A DNA stretch of 64,000 nucleotides from NCBI GenBank assembly GCA_963976765.1, contig CAXBME010000002.1:310001-374000 (forward strand), in the 5' to 3' direction. A program made the position numbers and the translations under genes. Source of the stretch: an uncultured Planctomycetaceae bacterium (GTDB taxonomy: Bacteria; Planctomycetota; Planctomycetia; Planctomycetales; Planctomycetaceae). The notes beneath the pieces are model-generated. The model saw only the letters and a list, made by a program, of their open reading frames with translations. It was not told the origin of the DNA and did not search any database. Shown here one piece after another: positions 10,477 through 22,091 of the stretch; positions within the stretch are counted from its first letter, which is position 1; each line of letters starts with the position of its first letter.

Positions 10477-10484
10477 TTATCGAC
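10477..10484 (-). promoter_or_regulatory. Possible sigma-28 -10 element (GTCGATAA) for flagellin
   Basis: 7/8 match to GCCGATAA. No canonical TAAA -35 at the expected spacing. Confidence 0.35.
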
Positions 10485-10970
10485 TGACATTTGTGGTTCG
10501 CTGTTGATCAGCGAGTTGTGTCAGCCGTTTCGAAAGCCCTTCTCCATAACCGAATTGACTCCCAGACTTTTCTGGGCCATCGCAGTCACTATCGGTCAGG
10601 AAATCACGAACTGCGGATGTTTAGATGGAGCAACTGTGGAAATCAGGGACTATTAAGAGTGACACCTGATGAGCAACAGGGATTTCCCTCACTCTTATGA
10701 GCGAGTGAGCAGCCGGACGCGGTTTCAGCGTGAAACCAGAGAAACTACAGGCGACCTGAACGTGCCGCCGGGCGTCTGATACGATCCCTCGTTTGCGGGA
10801 TCAAAGAATGGCCCTGAACCGAAAGGTTGAGGGCGTGCCGTTGTCAGAAACTGGCCGGAGCGGGGGCGAATTTCGTTGATCGACGACCGTCCCCCCGCGA
10901 CGAACGGTCGGAGCGTCGTGCTCGGCACCACGTGGCCGGGCAATCGACGCGCGATCCTTCCGCTCAGCTG

Positions 10971-11192
10971 CTAGGTGGACGGCGACGTGGTGTCGTCGGC
11001 GACTTTCTCGCCGGATTCAGCCTGAGTCCGCTCGCGCTGAATCGCTTCGTAAACTTCCTGCCGATGTACGGGCACCTCTTTGGGAGCTTCGATACCCAGT
11101 CGGACCTTGTCACCACGAATGTCGACGATCGTAATTACGATGTTGTCGCCAATGATGATGCTCTCATCTCGTTGTCGGGACAAAACCAGCAT
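10971..11192 (-). CDS. csrA: Carbon storage regulator CsrA
   Basis: [62 protein letters not shown] before ATG at 11192. Confidence 0.96.
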   Translation of the reverse strand: MLVLSRQRDESIIIGDNIVITIVDIRGDKVRLGIEAPKEVPVHRQEVYEAIQRERTQAESGEKVADDTTSPST

Positions 11193-12053
11193 CTGCAAGA
11201 CTCCTTCTCGTGTGTGAACTGCGTCTAACGACCAGACGTCAATTAATTCAGGTTCCGCGACCGCTTCAGTCTGAGTCGCAATGGCCAACGCAGAATTGGT
11301 GCCGGTCGCGATGCCAACCGTTGAGTCGACCTTTGCCAACTCGCGGTTGCCAGTTGGGGATCGCCGTCAGGAAAGCGAGCCTTCCAGAGACGCCGACATC
11401 CTTCCCGCACCGGGTGTACTTGATCCGTGGTTCCGTCATCGTCTGTCAGAGAGTCGCAACCCGGGCGCGTTTCCGGGATAAACACAGGACTCGCGAAAAC
11501 GGGGTGTCGGCTGTTCCGTTTGTGACGGGAAGAACGGATACTCGTGCAGAGATTTCGAGGCGAATTGCCGAAAGTCATTTGACGTTCAGCCACTTGACTC
11601 GAAATGGAATCAGTCGGCTTGAAAAATGAATCCGGCAGAAGCTGGACGTTAAAGTCGACTCGTTGCGACTCCGACGATGGCTGGGTAATGTTTGAGACGT
11701 GCCGGATTAAGGCCGCCGAGCCAGAGTTTCAGCGACGAGGAGCCATCCAAAGACTGGCTGTCTACGATGATCACCCTCGGCGTTGTTTGATTCTCCAGCC
11801 AGTTTTGAACGCGCCGCGTCAGGACAGAAAGACTGAACTGGCGACTCGACCAACGGCGTTCGAGTCGACAGACTGGTCAGGTTTCAGAAGTTGTCCCAGG
11901 CTGATTGGCAACCGACTCAGGGCTGCTCTGGCACAAAGCGTCGTTGATAGAATATTCGTGCCAGATCACTCGCCGTGATTTTATATCCGGGTGACTTTGT
12001 ATCAGGCGTCCCGCGTTCCCCCACTTCGTCGGAAAATCTACGGAGCTGTTTCG

Positions 12054-13967
<1,914 letters not shown>

Positions 13968-14112
13968 TGAGTTCAGACAGAGGGATCCGTTTAATCGGAC
14001 GTTGATTCTGTCAAACCGACAAAGTATTCAAGGTGTTTACTCTGCTGATCGAAAGGAATGTCGTATCAAAGATCAGGCTCAGAACGCTCTGAATAAGGCT
14101 CCAGGACTTGAA

Positions 14113-14140
14113 TTGACACAATCGGTATTCGAGTTAAGAT
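14113..14140 (+). promoter_or_regulatory. Candidate sigma-70 promoter about 880 nt upstream of rho
   Basis: TTGACA-N16-TAAGAT. Confidence 0.5.
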
Positions 14141-15024
14141 GCCGGGAACCTTTGAGTACTGTTGCCTTCCTCACGTATCGGTTTCTTGTTCCGGTAGTTT
14201 ACGGTTGAGGAAGTTGAATCCGGGTTCCACGTCGGACTTAGTGTCAGCTCGATTGTCCCCACTTTCGATCTCACCGTTTCTGGCTTAGAGCGGATTCACT
14301 CATCGGTTAGCTTAGCCCTGAAAACGCGTGTGTCTGTTGACTCACTGGCTGTCTCAGTCTTCAATGCAAGAACGACTGATGGATGCAGACTCATGTTCGG
14401 GGCGTCACCTGGTCGCGGTCTTAAGTGCTGTGAAGCAGTGGCTGTAGAGTCGTGGCTTTGCAAAACGGATGGCTTCACGTTGGCTGCATCCTGGCCTGTT
14501 GCAGGTTGCTCTGGTCCAACGCCCGCTATTGTGAGTTGCGGAGTTGTTGGGGAACGATACTCTGGAATCCGGGCTACGGATCGCCCGGTGGTACCTTGAC
14601 GCACTCTCGCGTCATTTGATTTTCAAACGTCTGCGGCGTGCAATGTCGCTTTTCGGGAATCACTAAAGGTCATTGTTAGTCTTGTGGCCGATGCGCCTGA
14701 GCTTCTGGCTGGTTTGGCTGAGGTGGACTGTTAAACCTCACCCCTCGCGTTTTACCTCGGATCGGACTTCTTTCCGTTATCCAATGGCACTTTTTGCTGG
14801 CGCTTTCTGGTAGCCGGTTGTCAGCCTTCAGGCTGTCCACAAAACGCTTCAACAGTCGAAATCGAATCCGCTGTCTGCGTTTTGTGAAATCCTGCTGAGT
14901 TGAGTTTCGGGCTCCTTCAGTAACTGCCCGTCGAACACCGTTGTGTACTCTGTGGACAGGTCGTGATTGGCTTCATTTTTATCATTGAAGTAACGAATCC
15001 TGTTCATGCATCGCTCCGTCTGGA

Positions 15025-16851
15025 ATGAGTTTTATGGTCGCTAAGAGTTCAGATTCATCAGCTAAACCACCCGCCCGTCGACGTCGACGCGTTCGTACCA
15101 GTGAGGATGAAGTGGCAAGTTCTTCGAACAACGACGATGTAAGAGACGTCATCTTTGACGAGTCGGAAGACGCTGCTCCGCCGAAACGGAAGAAAGCTGC
15201 TCGCCGCAAAAGTGCAGCCGCAAAGTCGACGGAGCAGGAGCCGGACAAAGTCGCTGCTGGTGGCAGCGATGACTCAGAACCAGCCAAGCCAAAGCCGCGC
15301 CGACGGACACGCCGTACGACCGCAGCAGACGTTAGTGATGGCGAAGTGAGTGATCGCGATTCGTCGAATGATGAAGCACCTCCAGTTCAGTCGTCGCAGG
15401 ATCGAGCCGAACAGGATCGCCAGGAAAGACTGGATAACCGCGAGCAGGAAGGCGCTACATCAGATTCCGATGAAGACGGTCGTCCTCGACGCCGGCGCCG
15501 ACGCCGAAGGCGGCCACAGGGTGGCGGCGACGGCGGATTTAACAACAACGGCGGTAACAGCAATAACCATCAGGCTGGCGGTGGCGGTAACAACCAGAAC
15601 CAGCGCGGTGGGCGGCGACGACGCGGCCGGGGCGGTCGAGACGGCGGACGCGATGGTCGAGACAGTCGCCAGGGGGGACGCGATCGTGTTCGTTCCGTAG
15701 CTCCCAGCACGGAAGTTATCGAAGGGACGATCGATGGCGTCCTGGAGCTGCATCCGAAGGGCTATGGTTTTCTTCGGAACGCAGAGAAAGGGTACGTCGC
15801 ACAGGAATCAGATCCGTTCGTGCCGAGTTCACTGGTCGAAAAATACCGGTTACGTGAAGGCGTCATGATTCGAGGGGATGTTGGACCAGGGGTTCGCAAT
15901 CAGGGACCGCGGCTCAAAGAGGTCGAGTTGATCGACGGCATGACTCCCGAAGAGTATTCCGAGATCAAGAATTTCGACGAACTGACTCCGATCACACCGC
16001 ACGTTCACATTCGGCTGGAGACTGGCCCCAAGCCTGTGACCATGCGTGTCATGGATATGCTGACGCCGGTCGGAAAAGGCCAACGGGCATTGCTGGTCGC
16101 TCCGCCGCGAACTGGTAAGACGATGCTTCTGCAGGACATCGCCGACGCAGTCAGTAAGAACCATCCCGAAATGCATTTGATGGTTCTGTTGATCGATGAG
16201 CGTCCTGAAGAAGTCACCGAGATGACTCGCTGCGTCAAAGGCGAAGTCATTGCGTCTTCGATGGACCGTGATGTCGAAAGTCACGTCCGCATGAGCCAGC
16301 TCATGATCGAACGAGCCAAGCGAATGGCTGAAGCAGGCAAGGATGTTTTCATCCTGATGGACAGCATCACTCGCATGGCTCGAGCGTTTAACAAATGGGC
16401 CGGTGGTGGCGGTGGTGGCGGCAGTCGCCACTCGGGAACGATGAGCGGCGGCCTTCATGTGAAAGCTCTCGACATTCCGAAGAAGCTTTTTGGAACGGCT
16501 CGCCAGTTCGACGAAGGCGGCTCGATTACGATCGTCGCGACAGCGCTGATCGAAACGGGTGGCCGTATGGACGACGTGATTTTTCAGGAGTTCAAGGGGA
16601 CAGGCAACATGGAGCTTGTACTCAGTCGCGACCTGGCGGATCGTCGAATCTGGCCGGCAATTGACATCACTCGATCCGGCACACGACACGAAGAAAAACT
16701 GTTTGCCGAAGACGCTCTTGATAGTGTAATCATGCTTCGTCGGAGCCTGATTTCGCTCAGCCCTGTCGAAGCGATGGAGACACTGACCAGAACGCTGGAG
16801 CGGTTTCCAACAAACACAGAGTTCCTCACGAAAGTGAAGGCGATTCTTTAA
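15025..16851 (+). CDS. rho: Transcription termination factor Rho with long disordered N-terminal extension
   Basis: [53 protein letters not shown] and [10 protein letters not shown]. The start may be ATG 15025 or 15034. Confidence 0.96.
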   Translation: MSFMVAKSSDSSAKPPARRRRRVRTSEDEVASSSNNDDVRDVIFDESEDAAPPKRKKAARRKSAAAKSTEQEPDKVAAGGSDDSEPAKPKPRRRTRRTTAADVSDGEVSDRDSSNDEAPPVQSSQDRAEQDRQERLDNREQEGATSDSDEDGRPRRRRRRRRRPQGGGDGGFNNNGGNSNNHQAGGGGNNQNQRGGRRRRGRGGRDGGRDGRDSRQGGRDRVRSVAPSTEVIEGTIDGVLELHPKGYGFLRNAEKGYVAQESDPFVPSSLVEKYRLREGVMIRGDVGPGVRNQGPRLKEVELIDGMTPEEYSEIKNFDELTPITPHVHIRLETGPKPVTMRVMDMLTPVGKGQRALLVAPPRTGKTMLLQDIADAVSKNHPEMHLMVLLIDERPEEVTEMTRCVKGEVIASSMDRDVESHVRMSQLMIERAKRMAEAGKDVFILMDSITRMARAFNKWAGGGGGGGSRHSGTMSGGLHVKALDIPKKLFGTARQFDEGGSITIVATALIETGGRMDDVIFQEFKGTGNMELVLSRDLADRRIWPAIDITRSGTRHEEKLFAEDALDSVIMLRRSLISLSPVEAMETLTRTLERFPTNTEFLTKVKAIL

Positions 16852-16877
16852 CCGCAACGCCGTTTTTGAAGAACTTG

Positions 16878-16919
16878 ACTCCCGATTTCAGCAACCGCTG
16901 AAGTCGGGAGTTTTTCTTT
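16878..16919 (+). terminator. Intrinsic terminator after rho
   Basis: Stem actcccgatttcagc/gctgaagtcgggagt, followed by TTTTTCTTT. Confidence 0.88.
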
Positions 16920-17108
16920 GCGCTGCTTTAGACAGGTTCGGCACAAGAGACGCGACATTCACAATCCGGTCGGAAGTTTACAGCGTACTTTGACTGGTGA
17001 TTTCGGATTCTGTTGATTGGAGCCTTCGATTCTCGTTCTCCAAACTGGCACGCAAGCGCTGGTCTCAGAACGTCACGACTCAGAACAAACGACGAGAAGG
17101 GTAGCACG

Positions 17109-17348
17109 ATGGGGATGATCGACCTGGGATCTCCAGCGGCGAAGGTTCATTCGTCATTGGAAAACCTGCAGGAAGCCTGGATGGCGGCACAGGAAAAGTG
17201 GAACGATGACAACGCTCGCAAGTTCGAAGAAGAGTATCTGATGCCGCTGGCGTTGACGGTCAAACTGTCGCTCGACGCAGTGAACCGGATGGCTGAGACA
17301 CTGCACGAAGCCGAACGGGACTGCCAGGAAGATCGAGAAGTCGTTTAG
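17109..17348 (+). CDS. Small helical-hairpin protein, WXG100/ESAT-6-like (WND variant)
   Basis: 79 aa: two amphipathic helices joined by K-W-N-D-D-N-A-R-K-F. No signal peptide. GAAGGG before ATG 17109. Directly upstream of the FtsK/EccC-like gene. Confidence 0.65.
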   Translation: MGMIDLGSPAAKVHSSLENLQEAWMAAQEKWNDDNARKFEEEYLMPLALTVKLSLDAVNRMAETLHEAERDCQEDREVV

Positions 17349-17433
17349 GACGTCTGGCAGCATCGCTCGCTGTGGTCGTGAAAAACTACCGAATACTTCT
17401 GCTGTCGTTCATGCTCGGAGAATTCGAAATATC

Positions 17434-20400
17434 ATGACAACTCTGCATAGCGAAGCTGACCCGATTCACGACTTAACGGAATCTGACGAAGCGACCGCAT
17501 CTCAGATGCTGTCAGATTCGGCACCGGATACACTCAACGCTTCGATATCTGGCACGCGGTATTCCGGGAACGCTGTGAAATCGGAGTGCGCCGTGTCTGG
17601 TCGGCTTTTCCCTGGTGACCGGCAGCAAGAGGAGATCAAAGTGCCGGGTGATGCTGCTGCGAAGCGAGTTCAGAATCTGATTCAGTCATTGTTCGACGGG
17701 ATTGCCCAGCGAGTTGATGGCGAGCTTGGTCTCGCGCAGCGACTGAAGAATGAACTGGCCGATGAACAGGTCCGCTTCCAGGCAGAGTCCGAAGCACGGC
17801 AGGCGCTTTACGAAACTGAACGAAAGGCTTTGCAGTCTGAATACGATTCCGTTTGCGCCGAGGCTGGACTTCATTATCAGGGGCATTACTCAGCGGCGTC
17901 CGAAGAGTATGACGAAGCACTTCGAGCCGCCAATGACGACTACGAAGACATCGCCGATCAGATTCGCAAGGAGTTCGAAGAGACTCGCTGGATGGTCGTG
18001 TCGTATTTCGACGAGAACGCAGGTGGGTCTCCCAAACAACAGTTCGAGCAGTTTGAACACAACGTTGAACGATCTCGCGAGCATCTTGAAAGCGAGTCAA
18101 CGCAACTCGAAGAGATTCACAAAGCCACTGTCGCGACCTTAAAAAAACGCCGCATGTGGACAGAGCCAGATCCAGCAGATCATGGTCCGTTGCCATCATC
18201 GCTCGACGGTCTGATTGAGCTGTTCGAAGAGCGGGCTGAGCAGACGCGTACTCAGGCAGCACGGTTGAACCGTCAAAAGTTGCCGTTCCTGTTTGCCGGT
18301 CTGTTGCCGCTGATTTTTTTTGTGGTGGTTGCTGGCGGACTGACAGCGACGACGTGGTTCGCGGTTGACCCCGCAATGCTTGGTTTCAAGACAACGCCAC
18401 CAATGCAGGAATGGCTGGCGATTCTTGGCGGCAGCTCTATTGTTCTAACGTTGGCCATACAAGGAATCCTGTTTGGAATCGCTCGCAGCGGTGCCGATTC
18501 CGGATATGAGAAACTGACTCAGGTGATCGTCGACTTACAGGCTGCTCGTCAGCAATGGACGCGACTTTCTGCTCGTGAGTTCAAGCGTCGAAAGAAGGAG
18601 TTCGACGAATGGTTCACATCCCTCGTTGAACAACGGGATTCACGGCTGCGAATGTCGCAGGAAAAGTTTGATCGAGAAATAAATTCTCATCGGCAACGCC
18701 GCGCCGAGCTGCTCAAGCAGGCAAACGATCGATACCCGTCTTTGATGGAACGACTGACTCGTGAACGCGACGAAAGATTGCAGCTGGCTCACGACGAGTT
18801 CCCACAAAAACTCGACAAGCTCAAAGCAAGATTTGAATGGGACACGAAGAAGATCGGCGAAGAAAGCCAGAGTCGCGCAGCAGCGATTCAGCAGCGATAC
18901 GATTTCGACTGGCAGAACATGTCGCGGTCATGGCATGGCGTCGTTGAATCGGTGCGTACTACCGCAGATCGGATGAACGCCGACGCGGCAAGAATTTCGC
19001 AACGCTGGCCCGACCTGGCGTTCGGAAACTGGGCTCCAGCAGCGTCGATCCCAGGCGGAGTTCGACTCGGCGATTTCAAACTGAACCTCGACGACATCGA
19101 GTATGGAATACCGGAAGATGATCGGCTTGTCCCGGAGGTCAGCGAGTTCTCAATCCCCGCCATGCTGCCGTTTCCAGACAAGGCTTCACTGCTGCTCCGA
19201 GCGAGCGGTGCCGAAGGCCGCCAGGCATCAGTTGACCTTCTGCAGGTCGTGATGCTTCGATTGCTGGCAACATTGCCGCCTGGAAAAGTTCGCTTCACCA
19301 TCATTGATCCGATCGGGCTGGGTGAAAACTTTTCTGCCTTCATGCACCTTGTCGATTACGACGAACTGCTTGTAACAAGCCGAATCTGGACCGAAGCATC
19401 GCACATCGACCAGCGGCTGACCGACCTGACCGAGCATATGGAAACGGTTTTCCAGACGTACCTGCGCAACGAGTTCAAAACGATCGAAGAGTACAACGAG
19501 TTCGCAGGCGAAGTCGCCGAGCCGTACCACATTCTGGTGATCGCCGGCTTTCCGTCGAGTTTTTCGGAACAGGCGGCAAGACGTCTGACAAGCATCATGT
19601 CGAGTGGTCCTCGATGTGGCGTTTACACACTGTTGAGCGTCGATCCACAGTTGACCATGCCGCCTAACTTCAGTCTGGCAGATGCGGCCTACGAAGCGAC
19701 GTGTCTGTCGTGGAATGACGGAGCTTTCGCCTTCGATGATGAGGAAGTTGCCTGGCTCCCGCTGGAGTTGCACCAACCGCCTGAACCTGATGAGTTCAGT
19801 CGATTTGTAAAGCGAGTTGGTGACGCTTCAAAAGATGCAAGACGTGTCGAAGTCTCTTTCGAGCGAGTTGTCCCGAAAGAACTCTGGCAGCAGGACAGCC
19901 GCAGTGGTCTGGATGTTCCGCTTGGCCGTGCAGGAGCGACGAAACTTCAGCATATGCGTCTGGGAAAAGGGACGTCGCAGCACGTTCTCATTGCTGGCAA
20001 GACGGGTTCCGGCAAGTCGACGCTGATGCACATTCTGGTGACAAATCTCGCTCTACATTACAGCCCGAACGAGATTGAGTTTTATCTGATCGACTTCAAG
20101 AAAGGCGTCGAGTTTAAGACGTACGCTGCGAATCGATTGCCGCACGCTCGCGTGATTGCCATCGAGAGTGATCGTGAATTCGGACTGAGCGTTCTGCAGC
20201 GGCTCGATGGAATTCTGAAAGAACGTGGCGATCTGTTCCGAGAACGAAGCGTGCAGGACATCGCCGGATTTCGTAACAACAATCCAGAGCGGATGCCTCG
20301 AATCATGCTGCTGATTGACGAGTTTCAGGAGTTCTTCACCGAAGACGATCGGATCTCGCAACAGGCTGCGTTGCTGATGGATCGGCTGGTGCGTCAAGGT

Positions 20401-21876
20401 CGAGCGTTCGGCATGCACGTGATGCTGGGATCGCAGACGCTGGGCGGAGCCTACTCGCTTGCACGCAGCACGCTCGGACAGGTTGCTGTCCGGATCGCGT
20501 TGCAGTGCAGCGAGGCTGACGCGCACCTGATTCTCAGTGAAGACAATACGGCCGCTCGGCTGCTGACTCGACCAGGCGAAGCCATCTATAACGACGCCAA
20601 CGGACTACTGGAAGGAAACCACCCGTTCCAGATCGCGTGGCTCGACGATGACAAACGCGACGGGCATCTTGGGCAGGTTCGCGACCTCACCGATGCGCAG
20701 AACATCGAAACTTCCGCCCCCATCATCTTTGAAGGGAACGTTCCGGCGATTCCGACTAACAATCGGGAACTGGTTGCATTATTTGCACCGGATCGAGTTG
20801 CCGAACCAACCTCGATTGTCGAAGCGTGGCTGGGCGAAGCGGTGGCCATCAAACCTCACACCTCGATTGGGTTTCGCCGGCTTGCAGGGTCGAACCTGCT
20901 GATCGTTGGGCAAAGTCCCGTCGGAGCACGCGGAATCCTGTCGTCGGTCGTGCTGGCCGCAGTCGGTCAGGTTCCGCCGGTCATACCCGACGATGCCGTC
21001 GGGCTGGTCGAGGATGACCTGGAGACAGACGACTCAGAATCAACAGCTAACGACGCGGCGTCTGAAACTTCAACTGTCGACGCGCTGGAAGCCATGAAGT
21101 CGTTCTCGTTTGCCAGCATGAAAATCCCGAATCCAGTTGACGAACCAGCAGAACCGAATGCCAAAGATGCAGGCAAAGTTCTTTCCGCAGCGCAGCTCTA
21201 TATTCTGGACGGTGAACTGGCAGACGCTCCGAGCGTCGAATTCTGGAGCAGTCTGACGCAAGGGTTGCCTCACGACATCCGTGTAGGTGGTCCAAACGAT
21301 GCCGCCGAGCTTGTCGGCGAACTGGCTGCAATTGTCGAGTCTCGTGGCAAGTCGACCGCTGCCCCTCCAGTCTTTTTCGTTGTCGACAACCTCGGTCGCT
21401 TCCGGGATCTTCGGAAGGGTGACGATGACTACAACTTTTCGCCCGACCGGAGCAAAGCCGCGAGCCCGGCAAAGCAGTTCGTTCAAATTCTGAAAGAGGG
21501 ACCGAGCGTCGGAGTCCACGTTCTCGTCTGGGCCGACACTTACAACAACGCCAGTCGATGGATGACGAATCAGACCATGCGGGAACTGGAAATGCGAGTC
21601 GCCTTCCAGATGAGCGCGACCGATTCAAGCCATCTGATTGATTCACCGGTTGCCGGGAGGCTTGGACAAAACCGAGCATTACTCTACCTTGAGGAAACAG
21701 GCACGCTTGAAAAGTTTCGTCCGTACGGTCTGCCGTCCGCGGAATGGCTGGCGACAATCAATGGACGCTTCAAATCGGATGAAAAAGAAGCGAACAATAC
21801 CGCCTCTGAGATTGCGACAATCCCCGACGAAGACATCGAAGTTTGCGATGACCTGAGTTCCTGGACGGTGCTTTAA
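17434..21876 (+). CDS. Membrane-anchored FtsK/SpoIIIE-family ATPase, EccC/EssC-like (type VII secretion-like coupling ATPase)
   Basis: Coiled coil, two TM helices, a second coiled coil, a degenerate ATPase-like domain (…PPGKVRFTIIDP), an intact ATPase (HVLIAGKTGSGKS, YLIDFKKG, LLIDEFQ, RQGRAFGMHVMLGSQ) and a degenerate C-terminal ATPase (NLLIVGQ, FVVDN, EGPSVGVH). No FtsK gamma domain. Confidence 0.85.
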   Translation: MTTLHSEADPIHDLTESDEATASQMLSDSAPDTLNASISGTRYSGNAVKSECAVSGRLFPGDRQQEEIKVPGDAAAKRVQNLIQSLFDGIAQRVDGELGLAQRLKNELADEQVRFQAESEARQALYETERKALQSEYDSVCAEAGLHYQGHYSAASEEYDEALRAANDDYEDIADQIRKEFEETRWMVVSYFDENAGGSPKQQFEQFEHNVERSREHLESESTQLEEIHKATVATLKKRRMWTEPDPADHGPLPSSLDGLIELFEERAEQTRTQAARLNRQKLPFLFAGLLPLIFFVVVAGGLTATTWFAVDPAMLGFKTTPPMQEWLAILGGSSIVLTLAIQGILFGIARSGADSGYEKLTQVIVDLQAARQQWTRLSAREFKRRKKEFDEWFTSLVEQRDSRLRMSQEKFDREINSHRQRRAELLKQANDRYPSLMERLTRERDERLQLAHDEFPQKLDKLKARFEWDTKKIGEESQSRAAAIQQRYDFDWQNMSRSWHGVVESVRTTADRMNADAARISQRWPDLAFGNWAPAASIPGGVRLGDFKLNLDDIEYGIPEDDRLVPEVSEFSIPAMLPFPDKASLLLRASGAEGRQASVDLLQVVMLRLLATLPPGKVRFTIIDPIGLGENFSAFMHLVDYDELLVTSRIWTEASHIDQRLTDLTEHMETVFQTYLRNEFKTIEEYNEFAGEVAEPYHILVIAGFPSSFSEQAARRLTSIMSSGPRCGVYTLLSVDPQLTMPPNFSLADAAYEATCLSWNDGAFAFDDEEVAWLPLELHQPPEPDEFSRFVKRVGDASKDARRVEVSFERVVPKELWQQDSRSGLDVPLGRAGATKLQHMRLGKGTSQHVLIAGKTGSGKSTLMHILVTNLALHYSPNEIEFYLIDFKKGVEFKTYAANRLPHARVIAIESDREFGLSVLQRLDGILKERGDLFRERSVQDIAGFRNNNPERMPRIMLLIDEFQEFFTEDDRISQQAALLMDRLVRQGRAFGMHVMLGSQTLGGAYSLARSTLGQVAVRIALQCSEADAHLILSEDNTAARLLTRPGEAIYNDANGLLEGNHPFQIAWLDDDKRDGHLGQVRDLTDAQNIETSAPIIFEGNVPAIPTNNRELVALFAPDRVAEPTSIVEAWLGEAVAIKPHTSIGFRRLAGSNLLIVGQSPVGARGILSSVVLAAVGQVPPVIPDDAVGLVEDDLETDDSESTANDAASETSTVDALEAMKSFSFASMKIPNPVDEPAEPNAKDAGKVLSAAQLYILDGELADAPSVEFWSSLTQGLPHDIRVGGPNDAAELVGELAAIVESRGKSTAAPPVFFVVDNLGRFRDLRKGDDDYNFSPDRSKAASPAKQFVQILKEGPSVGVHVLVWADTYNNASRWMTNQTMRELEMRVAFQMSATDSSHLIDSPVAGRLGQNRALLYLEETGTLEKFRPYGLPSAEWLATINGRFKSDEKEANNTASEIATIPDEDIEVCDDLSSWTVL

Positions 21877-22091
21877 GATTTCGAGCTTCCTGCAAAGTCC
21901 CAGACGGCCTCAGCGAACATTCCAGCAGCGCTCACAGAACCAGCTGAGGCGGGCTGCTCAGACTTTTCGGATGCGAGAACACAAACCTCAAGTCGTCCGG
22001 CTATACTCCGTCGTCCTGCTGGCGGCGACCACTGGCGGGCTGCAGCCAAACAGAAACTCCCCTGCTTTACTTGTACGTGACGATTCGATTA

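Noticed and set aside
10596..10690. Weak 8-9 nt GA periodicity upstream of the flagellin promoter region
   Set aside because: Too degenerate to distinguish from chance by eye.
11193..11339. 49-aa N-terminal extension of CsrA in the ORF track
   Set aside because: The canonical MLVLSR start has a strong AGAAGGAG RBS at 11192. Similar over-extended starts were trimmed for leuA, aspS, cstA and others.
11243..11978. Possible fliW or other small gene between csrA and cstA
   Set aside because: None of the ORFs resembles FliW or has protein-like composition.
14770..14960. DnaA-box-like 9-mers (ctgtccaca / tgtggacag) suggesting oriC
   Set aside because: Two mismatches to TTATCCACA, too few copies, no AT-rich unwinding element and no dnaA/dnaN nearby.
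17434..21876. Calling the FtsK-family gene the cell-division DNA translocase FtsK
   Set aside because: It lacks the C-terminal gamma domain, has multiple tandem ATPase-like domains and sits beside a WXG100-like gene.
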